DNA of 64,000 bases, from contig CAVSGP010000004.1 in NCBI GenBank assembly GCA_963727505.1, forward strand, positions 416,001 to 480,000, written 5' to 3'. Below the pieces are notes generated by a model. It did not search any database. It saw nothing but the letters and a program-made list of their open reading frames with translations, and was not told the origin of the DNA. Shown here one piece after another: positions 1 to 10,307 of the stretch. Position 1 is the stretch's first letter. Every line of letters begins with the position of its first letter. Position numbers and translations under genes: made by a program. Source of the stretch: an uncultured Trueperaceae bacterium (GTDB lineage: Bacteria > Deinococcota > Deinococci > Deinococcales > Trueperaceae).

Positions 1-378
1 GATTTCGCGCCGCGCGTCTACACCAGCGCGGTGACCGACTTCGGGTTGCACGAGTTGCTCGCCACCGCCATCCGGTTGTACGACACGGCGCGCCGGCGAG
101 TGCAGACCAGTGCCATGAACGCCTTCCTGGAGGTGTGGACGCAGCGCCAAACACCACCCAACTTCAAGGGTCGCTCCCTGAAGCTGCTGTACGCCAGCCA
201 GGTCACGGTGGCGCCGCCCACGTTCGTGTTCTCGGTCAACAGCGAGCGCCTGCTGACGCGCGCCTACGAGCACTACCTGCGAAACCGCATCCGCGAGGAC
301 CTGGGTTTCGGCGAGGTGCCCTTCCGCATGGTCTTCAAGGCCCGCAACAGCGGGGGCGGCAAGAAGGTGCGGGTGTGA
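1..378 (+). CDS. der: Ribosome biogenesis GTPase Der/EngA, C-terminal KH-like domain (5' truncated by window edge)
   Basis: Open frame from base 1 (DFAPRVYTSAVT...). Contains KLLYASQV..APPTFVFSVN...YEHYLRNRIREDLGFGEVPFRMVFK, typical of the Der C-terminus. Confidence 0.93.
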   Translation, partial: DFAPRVYTSAVTDFGLHELLATAIRLYDTARRRVQTSAMNAFLEVWTQRQTPPNFKGRSLKLLYASQVTVAPPTFVFSVNSERLLTRAYEHYLRNRIREDLGFGEVPFRMVFKARNSGGGKKVRV

Positions 379-388
379 GCATGCGTGT

Positions 389-1111
389 TCAGGTGCGCTC
401 GGCGTGCAACGTCACCCGGAGGTTGCCGCGCCGCGTCTGCCCCTCGACCCGCACGATCCGGAAGCGCCCCAGCCCCTCGGCGTAGACCTCGTCGCCCGGC
501 CCGGCGGTGGCCCCCTTGTCGGCGCGCTTGCCGTTGAGCCGCACGCGGCCGGCAGCGACCCCCTTGGCGAAGTAGCTGCGCGAGACCCGGAAGGCCTTGC
601 CGCCGAGCACGTCCACACGCAGCGACGGCACCACCACCTCGAGCTCGCGCTCGCTGCCGCCGGCCACGCGCTCGATCGGCACCACGAGCGGGGTGACCTG
701 CCGACCGGCGATCCGCTCGAGCGCAAGCAGCAGCTCGGGCGGTGGCGCCAGCGTGATCAGAGAACTGCCGTCCTGGTGGCGCACGGCGTCGCCCAGAGCG
801 GCCGCTTCGACACCGGCCGCGCGTGCCGCCACTCGCAGCGCGTCGGGGTCCTCGACGCCCTCGAAGTACACGGCCGCCATCGCCACCGTCGCCTCCGGTA
901 CGTGTTCGGGGTAGGCCACGACGACCCGCCGGCGCGCGGCGCTGACGCCGCCGTCGACGGTGACCGAGACCCCCGCACCGTGGAGCGCTGCGACCAGGGC
1001 GTCGGCGTCGGGAGGCTCGAGGAAGCCCGTGTGCGCGACGCGGCCGCCGCGCGCGGCGCTGGCGAGCGCCTCGGCATCGGCAGGCGCCGGGGAGCCCCGT
1101 CCCTTCGCCAC
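389..1111 (-). CDS. YlmH/Sll1252-like S4 RNA-binding domain protein
   Basis: N-terminal TGFLEP motif; C-terminal S4 domain SLRVDVLG...FRVSRS...G.VRLNG...G.GRFRI...TRRG. Confidence 0.85.
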   Translation of the reverse strand: MAKGRGSPAPADAEALASAARGGRVAHTGFLEPPDADALVAALHGAGVSVTVDGGVSAARRRVVVAYPEHVPEATVAMAAVYFEGVEDPDALRVAARAAGVEAAALGDAVRHQDGSSLITLAPPPELLLALERIAGRQVTPLVVPIERVAGGSERELEVVVPSLRVDVLGGKAFRVSRSYFAKGVAAGRVRLNGKRADKGATAGPGDEVYAEGLGRFRIVRVEGQTRRGNLRVTLHAERT

Positions 1112-1118
1112 GCCGCCG

Positions 1119-1748
1119 CTAGCGGACGTCGACGATGTCGATGGAGGCAGCCTTCAAGCGATCGGGGAAGCCGTCGGCGTCCTCGCCGGTCACGCGGATC
1201 ACCAGCCGGCGCCGGTGCCCGGTCTGCACGCCGGTCGTCACGGCCGCGATGATGTTGGACGGAGGCGCCGCCTCCGCCACCCGCGCCAGCACGCCGGGTT
1301 CGTCGGGAAGGTCGACGGTCACCCGGATGCCGCCCTCGCGCATGCCCAGGAAGGACACGAACGCCCGCATCAGGTCGGTGATGGTGACGATCCCGGTGAG
1401 GTCGTTCCCCGACAGGACCGGCAACCCCGAAACCCGGTGCTCCTCCATCAGCAGCGCGGCATGCTCGATGGGGTCGTCGCCCCGCACCGTGATGACGGGC
1501 GCCTTCATGACGTCCTTGACGAGGAGCTTGCTGAGCAGGTAGTTGAGCTCGTAGACCGACAGGGTGGTCGCCTTCGAAGGCGTGGCCTCCTTGAGGTCGC
1601 GGTCGGTGACGATCCCGATGAGCTTGCCGTCGCGGGTGACGGGGAGACGCCGGAAGCCGCCCTCGCGCAGACGCTGCATGGCTTCCATCACGGGCGTGTC
1701 GGCGGTGACAGTCTTGGGGTTCGGGGTCATCCACTCACGAACAAGCAT
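1119..1748 (-). CDS. CBS-pair + ACT domain protein (AcuB-like)
   Basis: MLVREWMTPNPKTV, GIVTDRDLKEATPSKATTLSVYELNYLL, C-terminal ACT (DEPGVLARV). SD AAGGAGG upstream of ATG at 1748. Confidence 0.9.
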   Translation of the reverse strand: MLVREWMTPNPKTVTADTPVMEAMQRLREGGFRRLPVTRDGKLIGIVTDRDLKEATPSKATTLSVYELNYLLSKLLVKDVMKAPVITVRGDDPIEHAALLMEEHRVSGLPVLSGNDLTGIVTITDLMRAFVSFLGMREGGIRVTVDLPDEPGVLARVAEAAPPSNIIAAVTTGVQTGHRRRLVIRVTGEDADGFPDRLKAASIDIVDVR

Positions 1749-1834
1749 GCCTTCCTCCTTGCGGACCTTTCCAAGGATAGCACCCTCAAGCGCAGGAACG
1801 CCGGGCCTGACGGGACGCATGCCAGAATGGGCAC

Positions 1835-2986
1835 ATGCACCCCAGCGAAGCGGGCGCCGCGAAACGCATCGTCGTGCTCGGCTCCACCGGATCGATCGGT
1901 CTTCAGACCCTGGACGTCGCGCGCTGGCAAGGATACCGGCCGGTGGCGCTAGCGGCGCGGCGCAATGCCGAGGCGCTCGTGGCGCAGGCCGCCGAGTTCC
2001 GACCCGAGCTGGTGGTGTGCGATGCCGATGTGGCCGCGCAGGTGGCGCCGCACCTGCCGGGCGGCACCCGCCTCGCGACCGGCGTCGAGGGCCGGGTCGA
2101 GGCCGCCGTGCTGGAAGCCGACGCCGTCGTGGCGGCCATCCCAGGCTTCGACGGGCTCGAGCCCACCGCCGCCGCCCTGCGCGCCGGACGCCACGTGGCG
2201 CTGGCCAACAAGGAGGCGATGGTCATCGCGGGCCCGCTGATGTGGGAGCTGGCTAGAGCTAGCGGCGCGCGCATCACACCCGTCGACTCCGAGCACTCGG
2301 CGCTGTTCCAGGTGCTCGTGGGCGAGCCCCGGAGTGCGGTGCGCACGCTGGTGCTGACGGCGTCGGGAGGGCCTTTCCGCGAGGGGCCCGCCGACCTCTC
2401 GCAGGTCACGCCGGAGCAAGCTCTGCGCCATCCCACCTGGTCGATGGGACGCAAGGTGACGATCGACTCGGCGACGCTGTTCAACAAGGGGTTGGAGGTG
2501 CTGGAGGCGCACTTCCTCTTCGACCTGCCTCTGGACGCCATCGAGGTCGTCGTGCACCCGCAGTCGCTGGTGCACGGCCTGATCCGGTTCACCGACGGCA
2601 GCATCAAGGCACAGCTCGGCCCGCACGACATGCGCCTCCCGATCCAGTATGCGCTCACAGCCCCCGACCGGCCGCCGACCCCGCTCCCTCCCCTGCCCCT
2701 GGTCGGCAGCTGGGAGTTCGCGCCCCCCGACCTGGAACGCTTCCCCAGCCTGCGCATCGCCTACCGCGCCGGCGAGCTCGGCGGCCTCGCGCCCGCCTAC
2801 CTCAACGCGGCCGACGAGGTGGCGGTGACCCGCTTCCTCGCCGGCGCGCTGCGCTTCACCGACATCCCGCGCCTGCTCGAGGCCGTCCTGGAGGAAGCGC
2901 CGGCCGGGGCGCTCGGCTGGGGCGCGCTCGCCCAAGCCGATGCCACGGCGCGCTCGCTGGCCGAGGCCTGGCACCCGCACGCCTGA
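1835..2986 (+). CDS. dxr: 1-deoxy-D-xylulose-5-phosphate reductoisomerase
   Basis: [54 protein letters not shown] motifs. Confidence 0.97.
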   Translation: MHPSEAGAAKRIVVLGSTGSIGLQTLDVARWQGYRPVALAARRNAEALVAQAAEFRPELVVCDADVAAQVAPHLPGGTRLATGVEGRVEAAVLEADAVVAAIPGFDGLEPTAAALRAGRHVALANKEAMVIAGPLMWELARASGARITPVDSEHSALFQVLVGEPRSAVRTLVLTASGGPFREGPADLSQVTPEQALRHPTWSMGRKVTIDSATLFNKGLEVLEAHFLFDLPLDAIEVVVHPQSLVHGLIRFTDGSIKAQLGPHDMRLPIQYALTAPDRPPTPLPPLPLVGSWEFAPPDLERFPSLRIAYRAGELGGLAPAYLNAADEVAVTRFLAGALRFTDIPRLLEAVLEEAPAGALGWGALAQADATARSLAEAWHPHA

Positions 2987-3015
2987 AGCGCACGCCCGAG
3001 GCGCACGCCTGAAGC
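2977..3015 (+). repeat. Three 13-bp tandem units across the dxr stop codon
   Basis: GCACGCCTGAAGC / GCACGCCCGAGGC / GCACGCCTGAAGC starting at 2977, 2990 and 3003. Confidence 0.8.
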
Positions 3016-3062
3016 GCGCCGGAGCCGCAGACCGCGCCCTTCCCCATGCCCTATCGTGGAGC

Positions 3063-4274
3063 ATGTTCCGGCACGCGCTTCGCCTGCCGTTCAGGCTGCT
3101 GGGCATCCCCGTCAGCCTGGACACCTCGTTCCTGCTGGTGCTGCCGCTGTTCGCCTACCTGATCGGCTCGCAGATCGCCGGCTACGTGGCGCTGTTCCAG
3201 CGCGTCGGCGTCGCCATCGACGGCGCAGCGCTGCAGCACGGCGCCACCCCCTACCTGCTGGGACTCGTCGGCGCCCTGGGCCTGTTTCTGAGCGTGCTCG
3301 TCCACGAGCTGGGTCACGCCGTCGTTGCGCGCGCCTACGGCGTCGAGGTGAAAGAGATCACGTTGTGGTTCCTCGGAGGCGTCGCCCAGTTCACCGCCAT
3401 GCCCCGCCAGCGCGGCGCCGAGGCGGTGGTGGCGATCGTCGGTCCCATCACGAGCGCGCTGTTGGCGCTGCTCGCGGGGCTCTCCTGGCAGCTCGCGGGC
3501 GGCCACGACGCGACGCTCTTCGTCCTCACCTACCTGAGCGTCACCAACGCCGGGCTGGCGCTGTTCAACCTGCTGCCGGCCCTGCCGCTCGACGGCGGGA
3601 GGGTGCTTCGCTCCCTGCTGGCGCTCGCCATGCCGCACCTCCGGGCCACGCGCGTGGCGGGCTCGGTCAGCATCGTCATCGCCGTCCTCCTCGGCATCTA
3701 CGGCTTCTTCTCGCTCAACCTCTTCCTCATCGTGATCGCCTTCTTCGTGTACAACGCCGGCCGCGCCGAGACGCGGGCCGCCATCGTCAACGACGCCTTC
3801 GAGGGCTTCCGCGTGCGCGACCTGATGACCCCGGACCCTGTCACGGTGGGGCCGGATATGGCGCTTGCGCAGTTCGCTCAGCTCATGTTCTACCGCCGCC
3901 ACACCGGCTACCCGGTGGTGGACGACGCCGGTCGGTTGCTCGGCTTCGCCCGACTCCAAGACGCACGCGGGGGCGACGCGGCCCGGGGCGACGCGGCCGT
4001 GGGCAAAGCGACCGGGACGGTCGCCGCCGGGGCCGTTTCAGCCGGGATCGTGGCGGACGTGATGGTGCGGGCAGAGACGATCGCACCGGAAGCCGAGGCC
4101 AACGACGCCCTGCGCCGCATCGGAGAGGGGGAGATCGGGCGCCTGGCCGTCGTGGACGCGACCGGCACCCTGCTTGGGGTGCTCAGCAAGACCGATCTGA
4201 TCCGGCGCCTGCGCGAGCACGGCGAGTCCGGAGACGCCGCGGGTTGGGGCGGGACAGCCGGCCGTCGAGGCTGA
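3063..4274 (+). CDS. Site-2 protease (M50, SpoIVFB/Rip3-like) with C-terminal CBS pair
   Basis: HELGH zinc motif, FNLLPALPLDGGR, several TM segments, CBS domains (VRDLMTPDPVTV; LGVLSKTDL). Confidence 0.92.
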   Translation: MFRHALRLPFRLLGIPVSLDTSFLLVLPLFAYLIGSQIAGYVALFQRVGVAIDGAALQHGATPYLLGLVGALGLFLSVLVHELGHAVVARAYGVEVKEITLWFLGGVAQFTAMPRQRGAEAVVAIVGPITSALLALLAGLSWQLAGGHDATLFVLTYLSVTNAGLALFNLLPALPLDGGRVLRSLLALAMPHLRATRVAGSVSIVIAVLLGIYGFFSLNLFLIVIAFFVYNAGRAETRAAIVNDAFEGFRVRDLMTPDPVTVGPDMALAQFAQLMFYRRHTGYPVVDDAGRLLGFARLQDARGGDAARGDAAVGKATGTVAAGAVSAGIVADVMVRAETIAPEAEANDALRRIGEGEIGRLAVVDATGTLLGVLSKTDLIRRLREHGESGDAAGWGGTAGRRG

Positions 4275-4358
4275 AGGGCTGCATCGGTACGGCAGTCCAC
4301 CGTGCGGCGGGCCGACCTCTGCCATACTGACCTCAGGGCGAGACGCCCGGAGTCCTCC

Positions 4359-5450
4359 ATGCTCACAGCCATCACCTTCATCCTCATCCTGTTCACCGCG
4401 GTCCTGGTGCACGAAGGGGCGCACTTCGTAAACGCCCGGAGCGTCGGCGTGCCGGTGCGCGCGTTCAGCATCGGGATGGGGCCGGTCGTGTGGCGCCGAC
4501 GCTGGCGCGGCACCGAGTGGCGCATCGGGATCTTCCCCCTCGGCGGCTACGTGGATCTCCCGGGCATGGCGCCCAAGGTCGACGAGAACGGCAACCTGCA
4601 GCACCCGGACGAGGGCATCGCCAAGAAGAAGCTGGGGCCGAAGCTGTGGGTCCTGGTGGGCGGCATCCTCGCCAACTTCGTACTGGGAGTGGCCCTGCTC
4701 ACCACGGCCGTGATGCTCCAGCCCGGTTACCGGAGCTTCACCACCGGCGCCGACGTCGGTCGCGGGAGTTCCGTGCTGAGCGTCGTGGATGGGTCTCCCG
4801 CGGCTCAGCTCGGCCTCCGGGCAGGCGACCAGATCGTCGGGATCAACGGCATCAACGACCCCACGCCGCAACAGGTCGTGCAGACGATCCACGGCGCCAG
4901 CGAGCTCACCCTCACACTCGTCAACGACGGCAAGCGCCGCACCGTGACCACGCCCTGGCCCCCCACCGGGCCCAACGCGCTGACCGACGCCAACGGCCAG
5001 GCGCTGCTCGGCGTGAACGTGGCTCCCATCTTCGAGGGGGTCTCCGCGCCGCAAGCGCTCGTCGAGTCGACCTGGTTCGGCGTGCGCGTGATCCCCGAGA
5101 TGGTTCGAGGCTTCGCGCAGGGCTTCGCCGCCGCCATCACCGGCAAGCAGAACAACGAGGTGGCAGGACCCGTCGGCATCGTGGGGATGGTCAACCAGGC
5201 CACGCACGTTGGCATCGCGTCGGTGCTGTTCCTGGCCGCCATCATCAACTTCTCGCTGGCAGTGTTCAACGTGCTCCCGATCCCCGGCCTCGACGGCGGA
5301 CGCATGCTCCTGGCGGGCGTTGTCGCCCTCCGGGGCCGACCCTTCAAGCCCGGCCAGGAGGAACAGCTCCACTTCATCGGCATCATGGCCGTCCTGGCGT
5401 TGATCGTCCTCGTCACCGTCCATGAGATCAGCGGCCTCCTCCGCGGCTGA
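4359..5450 (+). CDS. rseP: RIP metalloprotease RseP (M50 + PDZ)
   Basis: HEGAH, FSIGMGP, PLGGYV, PDZ (SPAAQLGLRAGDQIVGING), GPVGI, NVLPIPGLDGGR; downstream of dxr. Confidence 0.92.
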   Translation: MLTAITFILILFTAVLVHEGAHFVNARSVGVPVRAFSIGMGPVVWRRRWRGTEWRIGIFPLGGYVDLPGMAPKVDENGNLQHPDEGIAKKKLGPKLWVLVGGILANFVLGVALLTTAVMLQPGYRSFTTGADVGRGSSVLSVVDGSPAAQLGLRAGDQIVGINGINDPTPQQVVQTIHGASELTLTLVNDGKRRTVTTPWPPTGPNALTDANGQALLGVNVAPIFEGVSAPQALVESTWFGVRVIPEMVRGFAQGFAAAITGKQNNEVAGPVGIVGMVNQATHVGIASVLFLAAIINFSLAVFNVLPIPGLDGGRMLLAGVVALRGRPFKPGQEEQLHFIGIMAVLALIVLVTVHEISGLLRG

Positions 5451-6144
5451 GACGGCTGCTGAGGTGGCGGCGGCCCCTGACACCGGGCCACATGCCGTCA
5501 GCTCGCGCTGCGCCGTGGTCGTTCCCGCGTTCAACGAGGCCGAGGGCGTCGCCAAGGTGGTGGCGGCCGCGCTCTCGAGCGAGGTCGGACCGGTCTGGGT
5601 CGTCGACGACGGCTCGACCGACGGCACCGCCGACATCGCCCGCGCCGCCGGGGCCCGCGTGCTCGAGCTCGGCAGGAACGTGGGCAAGGGAGGCGCGCTG
5701 CTCGCCGCCGCCCAGACGCTCGACGCGGACGTCCTGGTCCTGCTCGACGCCGATCTGGTCGGCCTGGAACCCTCCCACGTGCGCGCCCTGGCCGAACCGG
5801 TGCTCAGCGGCCACGCCGACATGACGCGCGGCGTCTTCCGCGGCGGCCGCTGGCGGACGACCGCGGCGCAGCTCCTCACCCCCCAGCTCAACGGACAACG
5901 GGCCCTCAGGCGCACGAGCTTCCTTGCCGTGCCCGGCATCGGCGCCAGCCGCTACGGCGTGGAGGTCGTCATCGGCGAGCACGCGCGTCGCGGCGGCTGG
6001 CGCTGCCGCGACGTTGCACTCGAGGGGGTGTCGCAGATCATGAAGGAGGAGAAGCGGGGCTGGCTGGCCGGTCTGTCGACACGCGCCAGCATGTACCGCG
6101 ACATCCTGCGCGCCCTGCTGCACGGCCGCGGTGACGGGACGTGA
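5422..6144 (+). CDS. Glycosyltransferase family 2
   Basis: [31 protein letters not shown] motifs; start uncertain. Confidence 0.88.
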   Translation: MRSAASSAAETAAEVAAAPDTGPHAVSSRCAVVVPAFNEAEGVAKVVAAALSSEVGPVWVVDDGSTDGTADIARAAGARVLELGRNVGKGGALLAAAQTLDADVLVLLDADLVGLEPSHVRALAEPVLSGHADMTRGVFRGGRWRTTAAQLLTPQLNGQRALRRTSFLAVPGIGASRYGVEVVIGEHARRGGWRCRDVALEGVSQIMKEEKRGWLAGLSTRASMYRDILRALLHGRGDGT

Positions 6145-6767
6145 TCGTCGAGCGGCACCCGGTGGGGGCGCTCCAAGCGAACGCCTACGTCCTGGTGGAG
6201 GACGGCCACGCCGTGGTCATCGATCCCGGCGACGAGCCCGGGCGCCTGCTCGCCGCCCTCGACCGGCACGGCGCCACTCTCGACGCGGTGTGGCTCACCC
6301 ACGCGGACTTCGATCACGTCGGTGGGCTGGCGGGACTGCTGGAGGCGCGGCGTGTGCCCGTGTACCTCCACCCTGGCGAGGGTCCGCTGCTGGCCTCTGC
6401 GGCCGGCCAGGCGGCCAGCTGGGGCCTGTTCATCGCGCAGCCTCCCACCGACACCGAGCCGCTCGCGGACGACATGCAACTCTCGCTGGCTGGCATCGTC
6501 GCTCGCTGCCTGTTCACGCCGGGCCACAGTCCGGGGCACATCGCCTTCCATCTGCCGAGCGAGGATCTGGTGCTGACGGGGGACGCCCTCTTCCGCGGCT
6601 CGATCGGACGCACCGACCGGCCCTTCGGCAACACCGACGACCTGCTGAAGTCGATCCGCGAACGGCTGCTGGTCCTGCCCGACGAGACCCGTGCCCTGCC
6701 TGGGCACGGGCCCGAGACCACCATCGGGTTGGAGAAGCGCAGCAACCCCTTCCTGCTCGATCGTTGA
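6141..6767 (+). CDS. MBL-fold metallo-hydrolase (glyoxalase II/YcbL-like)
   Basis: THADFDHVGG, TPGHSPGH, TGDALF, PGHG..TTIG.EK..NPFL. Confidence 0.92.
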   Translation: MIVERHPVGALQANAYVLVEDGHAVVIDPGDEPGRLLAALDRHGATLDAVWLTHADFDHVGGLAGLLEARRVPVYLHPGEGPLLASAAGQAASWGLFIAQPPTDTEPLADDMQLSLAGIVARCLFTPGHSPGHIAFHLPSEDLVLTGDALFRGSIGRTDRPFGNTDDLLKSIRERLLVLPDETRALPGHGPETTIGLEKRSNPFLLDR

Positions 6768-6816
6768 GCGCGCCGGCCCTTCCGCGGCGGCCCGTGCGCG
6801 GCGGTCTTCGTTCGCG

Positions 6817-8091
6817 CTACTCGCGCTCGAGCCGCGCCTCGATGGCGCGTGCGTGTGCCTCGAGCCCCTCGGCGCGGGCCATGCGCGCGGCGGCGGGACC
6901 CACCTCCGCCACCGTGGCGGGTCCCAGCGCCACCAACGGGATCACCTTCTGGAAATCGCGTACGTTCACGAAGCTGGCGTAGCGCGCGGTCCCCGAGGTC
7001 GGCATGACGTGGCTGGGGCCGGCGAGGTAGTCGCCGAGCGCCTCCATGCTGTACTCGCCAACGAACAGGCCCCCCGCGTTGACGACCTCCGGCACGAGCG
7101 CCCAGGGGTCGCGAACCAGCAGGCACAGGTGCTCCGGCGCGTAGGCGTTGGCGACGGCGATCCCATCCGAGAGGTCGTCCACGATCACGATCACTCCGCG
7201 CTCGTCGACGGACTCCTGTGCCGCCACGGCGGTGGGAAGCGATGCGATGGCGGCCGGCAGCGCCGCCTCCACCGCCCGCGCCAGCCGCCGGCTCGGCGTG
7301 ACGAGCACCGGCTGCGCGCCCAGGTGCTCGGACTGCGCCAGTAGATCCGCCACCACGTGGCGTTCGTCGGCCCCGTCGTCGGCCAGCACCAGGGTCTCGG
7401 TGGGCCCTGGAAGCGACTCCACACCCACCCGGCCGAACACCTCACGCTTGGCCGTGACCACGTACCGGTTGCCCGGCCCCACAACCTTGTCGACCGGCTC
7501 GATGCTGGCGGTGCCGTAGGCCAGTGCAGCGATGGCCTGCGCACCCCCCATCCGGTAGACCTCCTTCACGCCGAGGATCGACGCGGCGAACAGGATCTCG
7601 GGCGCGACGCTACCGTCGCGGCGCGGCGGAGTCGCCACCACGATGTCGCGCACGCCCGCCACCCGAGCCGGCACGGCGGTCATGAGCAGACTGCTGAACA
7701 GCGGCGCCGTGCCCCCAGGCACGTAGCAGCCGACACGCGCCAGCGGCCTCACGAGCTGCCCGAGCAGAGCGCCGGGCTGCTGCTCGAGGAAGCCGCTCGA
7801 CGGCTGCTGCTCGTAGTAGGCGCGCACGCGGGCCGCGGCCAGCCGGATCGCCTGTGCGAGCTCCGCGGGGATACGGTCCTCGGCGGCGTCGATGTCCTCG
7901 GCCGGGACCGCCAGGCCGGGGGGACGCACGCCGTCCAGGCGCTCCGTGATGGCGAGCACCGCGTCGTCGCCGCCGGCGCGCACCTCCTCGATGAGGGCGC
8001 GGACGCGGGCCGAGACCTCGCGGTCGACGGTCTCGACGGCGCGTCCTCGGAACGCGTCCAGCGCAGCTTCCAGGGATTCGATCCAGCGCAT
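6817..8091 (-). CDS. hisD: Histidinol dehydrogenase
   Basis: GCYVPGG, MGGAQAIAALAYGT, VGPGNRYV..AK, DLLAQSEH, APEHL, GDYLAGPSHVMPT, EGLEAH. Confidence 0.96.
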   Translation of the reverse strand: MRWIESLEAALDAFRGRAVETVDREVSARVRALIEEVRAGGDDAVLAITERLDGVRPPGLAVPAEDIDAAEDRIPAELAQAIRLAAARVRAYYEQQPSSGFLEQQPGALLGQLVRPLARVGCYVPGGTAPLFSSLLMTAVPARVAGVRDIVVATPPRRDGSVAPEILFAASILGVKEVYRMGGAQAIAALAYGTASIEPVDKVVGPGNRYVVTAKREVFGRVGVESLPGPTETLVLADDGADERHVVADLLAQSEHLGAQPVLVTPSRRLARAVEAALPAAIASLPTAVAAQESVDERGVIVIVDDLSDGIAVANAYAPEHLCLLVRDPWALVPEVVNAGGLFVGEYSMEALGDYLAGPSHVMPTSGTARYASFVNVRDFQKVIPLVALGPATVAEVGPAAARMARAEGLEAHARAIEARLERE

Positions 8092-8221
8092 GCCGGCCAT
8101 CATACCGGTGCGCGGCGCCTCGCCGGGACCCTCCCCGACCCGGACGTCAAGCGCCTGCCCGGCGGGGCGCCGGCGGCCGACACTCCCTTCCGACGGGATG
8201 CGTGCCGGCCAGCCGCCGATG

Positions 8222-8887
8222 CTAGGCGGGCACGACCGTCGGCGGGGAGGGCGTGGCAATGCCTTCCAGCGTGAGGGTCAACGCCTTGCGCAGCTCTTCG
8301 CGAATCGAGCGGTCCTGTCGGTAGGCCGCCCATTGCATGGCGGTGATGAAGTAGACGTTCTCCAGCGTCCGGACCAGGCGCTCGCGCGAGTAGTCGTCGC
8401 GCACGGTGCCCGCTCTGCGCGCCCGCGTCAACACGTCGCGCAGCAGGTCACCCAGAGGCAGGGCCAGATAGGCTCGGCGCGAGCGTTCGGGGTCGGGGTT
8501 GAGCAGCTCGTAGCTGAGCGGCAGCACCAGCCCGCGGTGGGCCTCGACGAAGGCAGCGAGGGCGTCGAAGAGGAAGGTGAGCTCGGCCAGTGGCCCCGTC
8601 CCGGGCCCGCCACCTGCGTCGTCGACCGAACTCCCGGCGTTTGCGCGGCGGCGCGCCAGCGCCTCTCGCAGCGCCTCCAGGTGCCTCCCGAAGTACTCGA
8701 TCAGGATCGCTTCCTTGTAGGGGAAGTAGTTGAACACCGTGCCCCGCGACACTCCGGCCGCGAGCGCGATGTCGCTGAACGTCGTCGCCTGGAAACCGCG
8801 CTCCTCGAACAGGCGCATGGCGCTCTCGAAGATGCGCTGGCGACGGTCCGCCTTCTTGCGCTCTCGGAGGCTCGCTGGGGACGACAC
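8222..8887 (-). CDS. TetR/AcrR family transcriptional regulator
   Basis: LRERKK..RRQRI..AMRLF.ERGF..TT..DIA..AGVSRGTVFNYFPYKE HTH. Confidence 0.92.
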   Translation of the reverse strand: MSSPASLRERKKADRRQRIFESAMRLFEERGFQATTFSDIALAAGVSRGTVFNYFPYKEAILIEYFGRHLEALREALARRRANAGSSVDDAGGGPGTGPLAELTFLFDALAAFVEAHRGLVLPLSYELLNPDPERSRRAYLALPLGDLLRDVLTRARRAGTVRDDYSRERLVRTLENVYFITAMQWAAYRQDRSIREELRKALTLTLEGIATPSPPTVVPA

Positions 8888-8990
8888 CTCTGCACTTTAC
8901 CCCGACCCCGGACCGCCCAGGCCGCGGCCCGTCGCAAGACCCTCGCGCGCCGGCCGCACGGAGCCCAGGCCGAACGCGTGGAGCCCGGCA

Positions 8991-9036
8991 AGCGAACGGC
9001 TCGGTTCGCCCCTGGGGGCGAACCGAGCCGTTCGCT
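8991..9036. terminator. 22-bp perfect inverted repeat downstream of rplT (probable terminator)
   Basis: AGCGAACGGCTCGGTTCGCCCC-TG-GGGGCGAACCGAGCCGTTCGCT, 30 nt past the rplT stop. Confidence 0.75.
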
Positions 9037-9065
9037 CGTTCCGACGCTGGTGGTTCAGACCCTGC

Positions 9066-9419
9066 TCAAGCGGCCTCGCGTGCCTTGTCGACGAGGCCCT
9101 TGAAGGCTTCGGGCTCCTGGACCGCGAGGTCGGCGAGGACCTTGCGATCGACCTCGACGCCGGCAAGACGAAGGCCGTTGATGAAGCGGGAATAGCTCAT
9201 CCCTTCGGCCCGGGCGGCCGCGTTGATGCGCGCGATCCACAGGCGCCGAAATTCCGTCTTCTTGTCGCGGCGGTCGCGGTAGGCGTAGTCGGCGGCGTTG
9301 AGCAGCGTCTGCTGGGCGGTCCGCACGCTCTTCGAGCGCAGTCCCCAGAAACCCTTGGCACGTTTCAGGATCTTCTTGTGGCGCCGGCGGCGCACCACAC
9401 CGGTCTTGGCGCGTGGCAT
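9066..9419 (-). CDS. rplT: 50S ribosomal protein L20
   Basis: [24 protein letters not shown]...[23 protein letters not shown]. Confidence 0.98.
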   Translation of the reverse strand: MPRAKTGVVRRRRHKKILKRAKGFWGLRSKSVRTAQQTLLNAADYAYRDRRDKKTEFRRLWIARINAAARAEGMSYSRFINGLRLAGVEVDRKVLADLAVQEPEAFKGLVDKAREAA

Positions 9420-9429
9420 GACCTACCTC

Positions 9430-9627
9430 CTACTCGTAGGGCAGGAGCGCCTTGATGCGCTCCGCCTCGGGCTTGGCGAGCAGTAGGCCGGTTCTGCCTC
9501 TCCGGATCCGGTCACCCGACTTCTTGAAGTTCAGGTGCCGCTTGCCGGAGCGCATCGCCTTGACCTTACCTCGCCCAGTGATCTTGACACGGGCTTTGGT
9601 GCCCTTATGGGTCTTGAGTTTCGGCAT
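9430..9627 (-). CDS. rpmI: 50S ribosomal protein L35
   Basis: MPKLKTHKG.K.R.KITG.GK...GKRHL; lies between infC and rplT. Confidence 0.97.
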   Translation of the reverse strand: MPKLKTHKGTKARVKITGRGKVKAMRSGKRHLNFKKSGDRIRRGRTGLLLAKPEAERIKALLPYE

Positions 9628-9742
9628 GATGTCTCTCCTCGGCCGCCGCTCGGGGCGACCCGACGCCGTGTCTGCGGCGCCGATCGAATCTCCCTGGACC
9701 GGAAGTTCCAGGTCGCAGAGCGAAGGGGTTCGAACAGGCCTC

Positions 9743-10255
9743 TTACATATCGTGGGGACGAAGGATCATGTTCATGTCCATGCCGGCGATGACGGGCGCG
9801 GAGTCCACCACCGCGAGCTCGGTGAGATCGCTCGCCACCCGGTTGAGGATCTCCTGCCCCAGCTCCGGATGGGTGCGTTCACGACCGCGGAACATGATCG
9901 TGACCTTGACCTTGTGACCGCCCTTGAGGAAGCGACGGATATGATTGACCTTGGTCTCGTAGTCGTGGTCGTCGATCTTCACGCGGAACTTGATCGACTT
10001 CATCTCCTGTTGACGAGAGCGCTTTCGGGCCTCCTTGGCCTGCTGCTGCATCTCGAAGCGGTAGCGGCCGTAGTCCATCAAGCGGGCAACCGGCGGCTCC
10101 GCACTTTCACCCACGAGCACGAGATCCATCTCCGCATCGCGGGCGCGCTGCATGGCGTCACGGGTATCGATGATTCCGATCTGTTCCCCGGACTCCGTGA
10201 TCAGGCGCACCTGGCGAGCACGGATCTGCTCGTTCACCTTCAACTCTCTCGCTAT
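9743..10255 (-). CDS. infC: Translation initiation factor IF-3 (probable AUA start)
   Basis: VNEQIRARQVRLI, PPVARLMDYGRYRFE, KVKVTIMFRGRE. SD GGAGGTG lies 6 nt before in-frame ATA at 10253-10255. Confidence 0.95.
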   Translation of the reverse strand: MARELKVNEQIRARQVRLITESGEQIGIIDTRDAMQRARDAEMDLVLVGESAEPPVARLMDYGRYRFEMQQQAKEARKRSRQQEMKSIKFRVKIDDHDYETKVNHIRRFLKGGHKVKVTIMFRGRERTHPELGQEILNRVASDLTELAVVDSAPVIAGMDMNMILRPHDM

Positions 10256-10307
10256 GGACTTCACCTCCAAGGGTCGTGCCGGTGCTAGGCCCGGCACAGA
10301 GCGTTTT

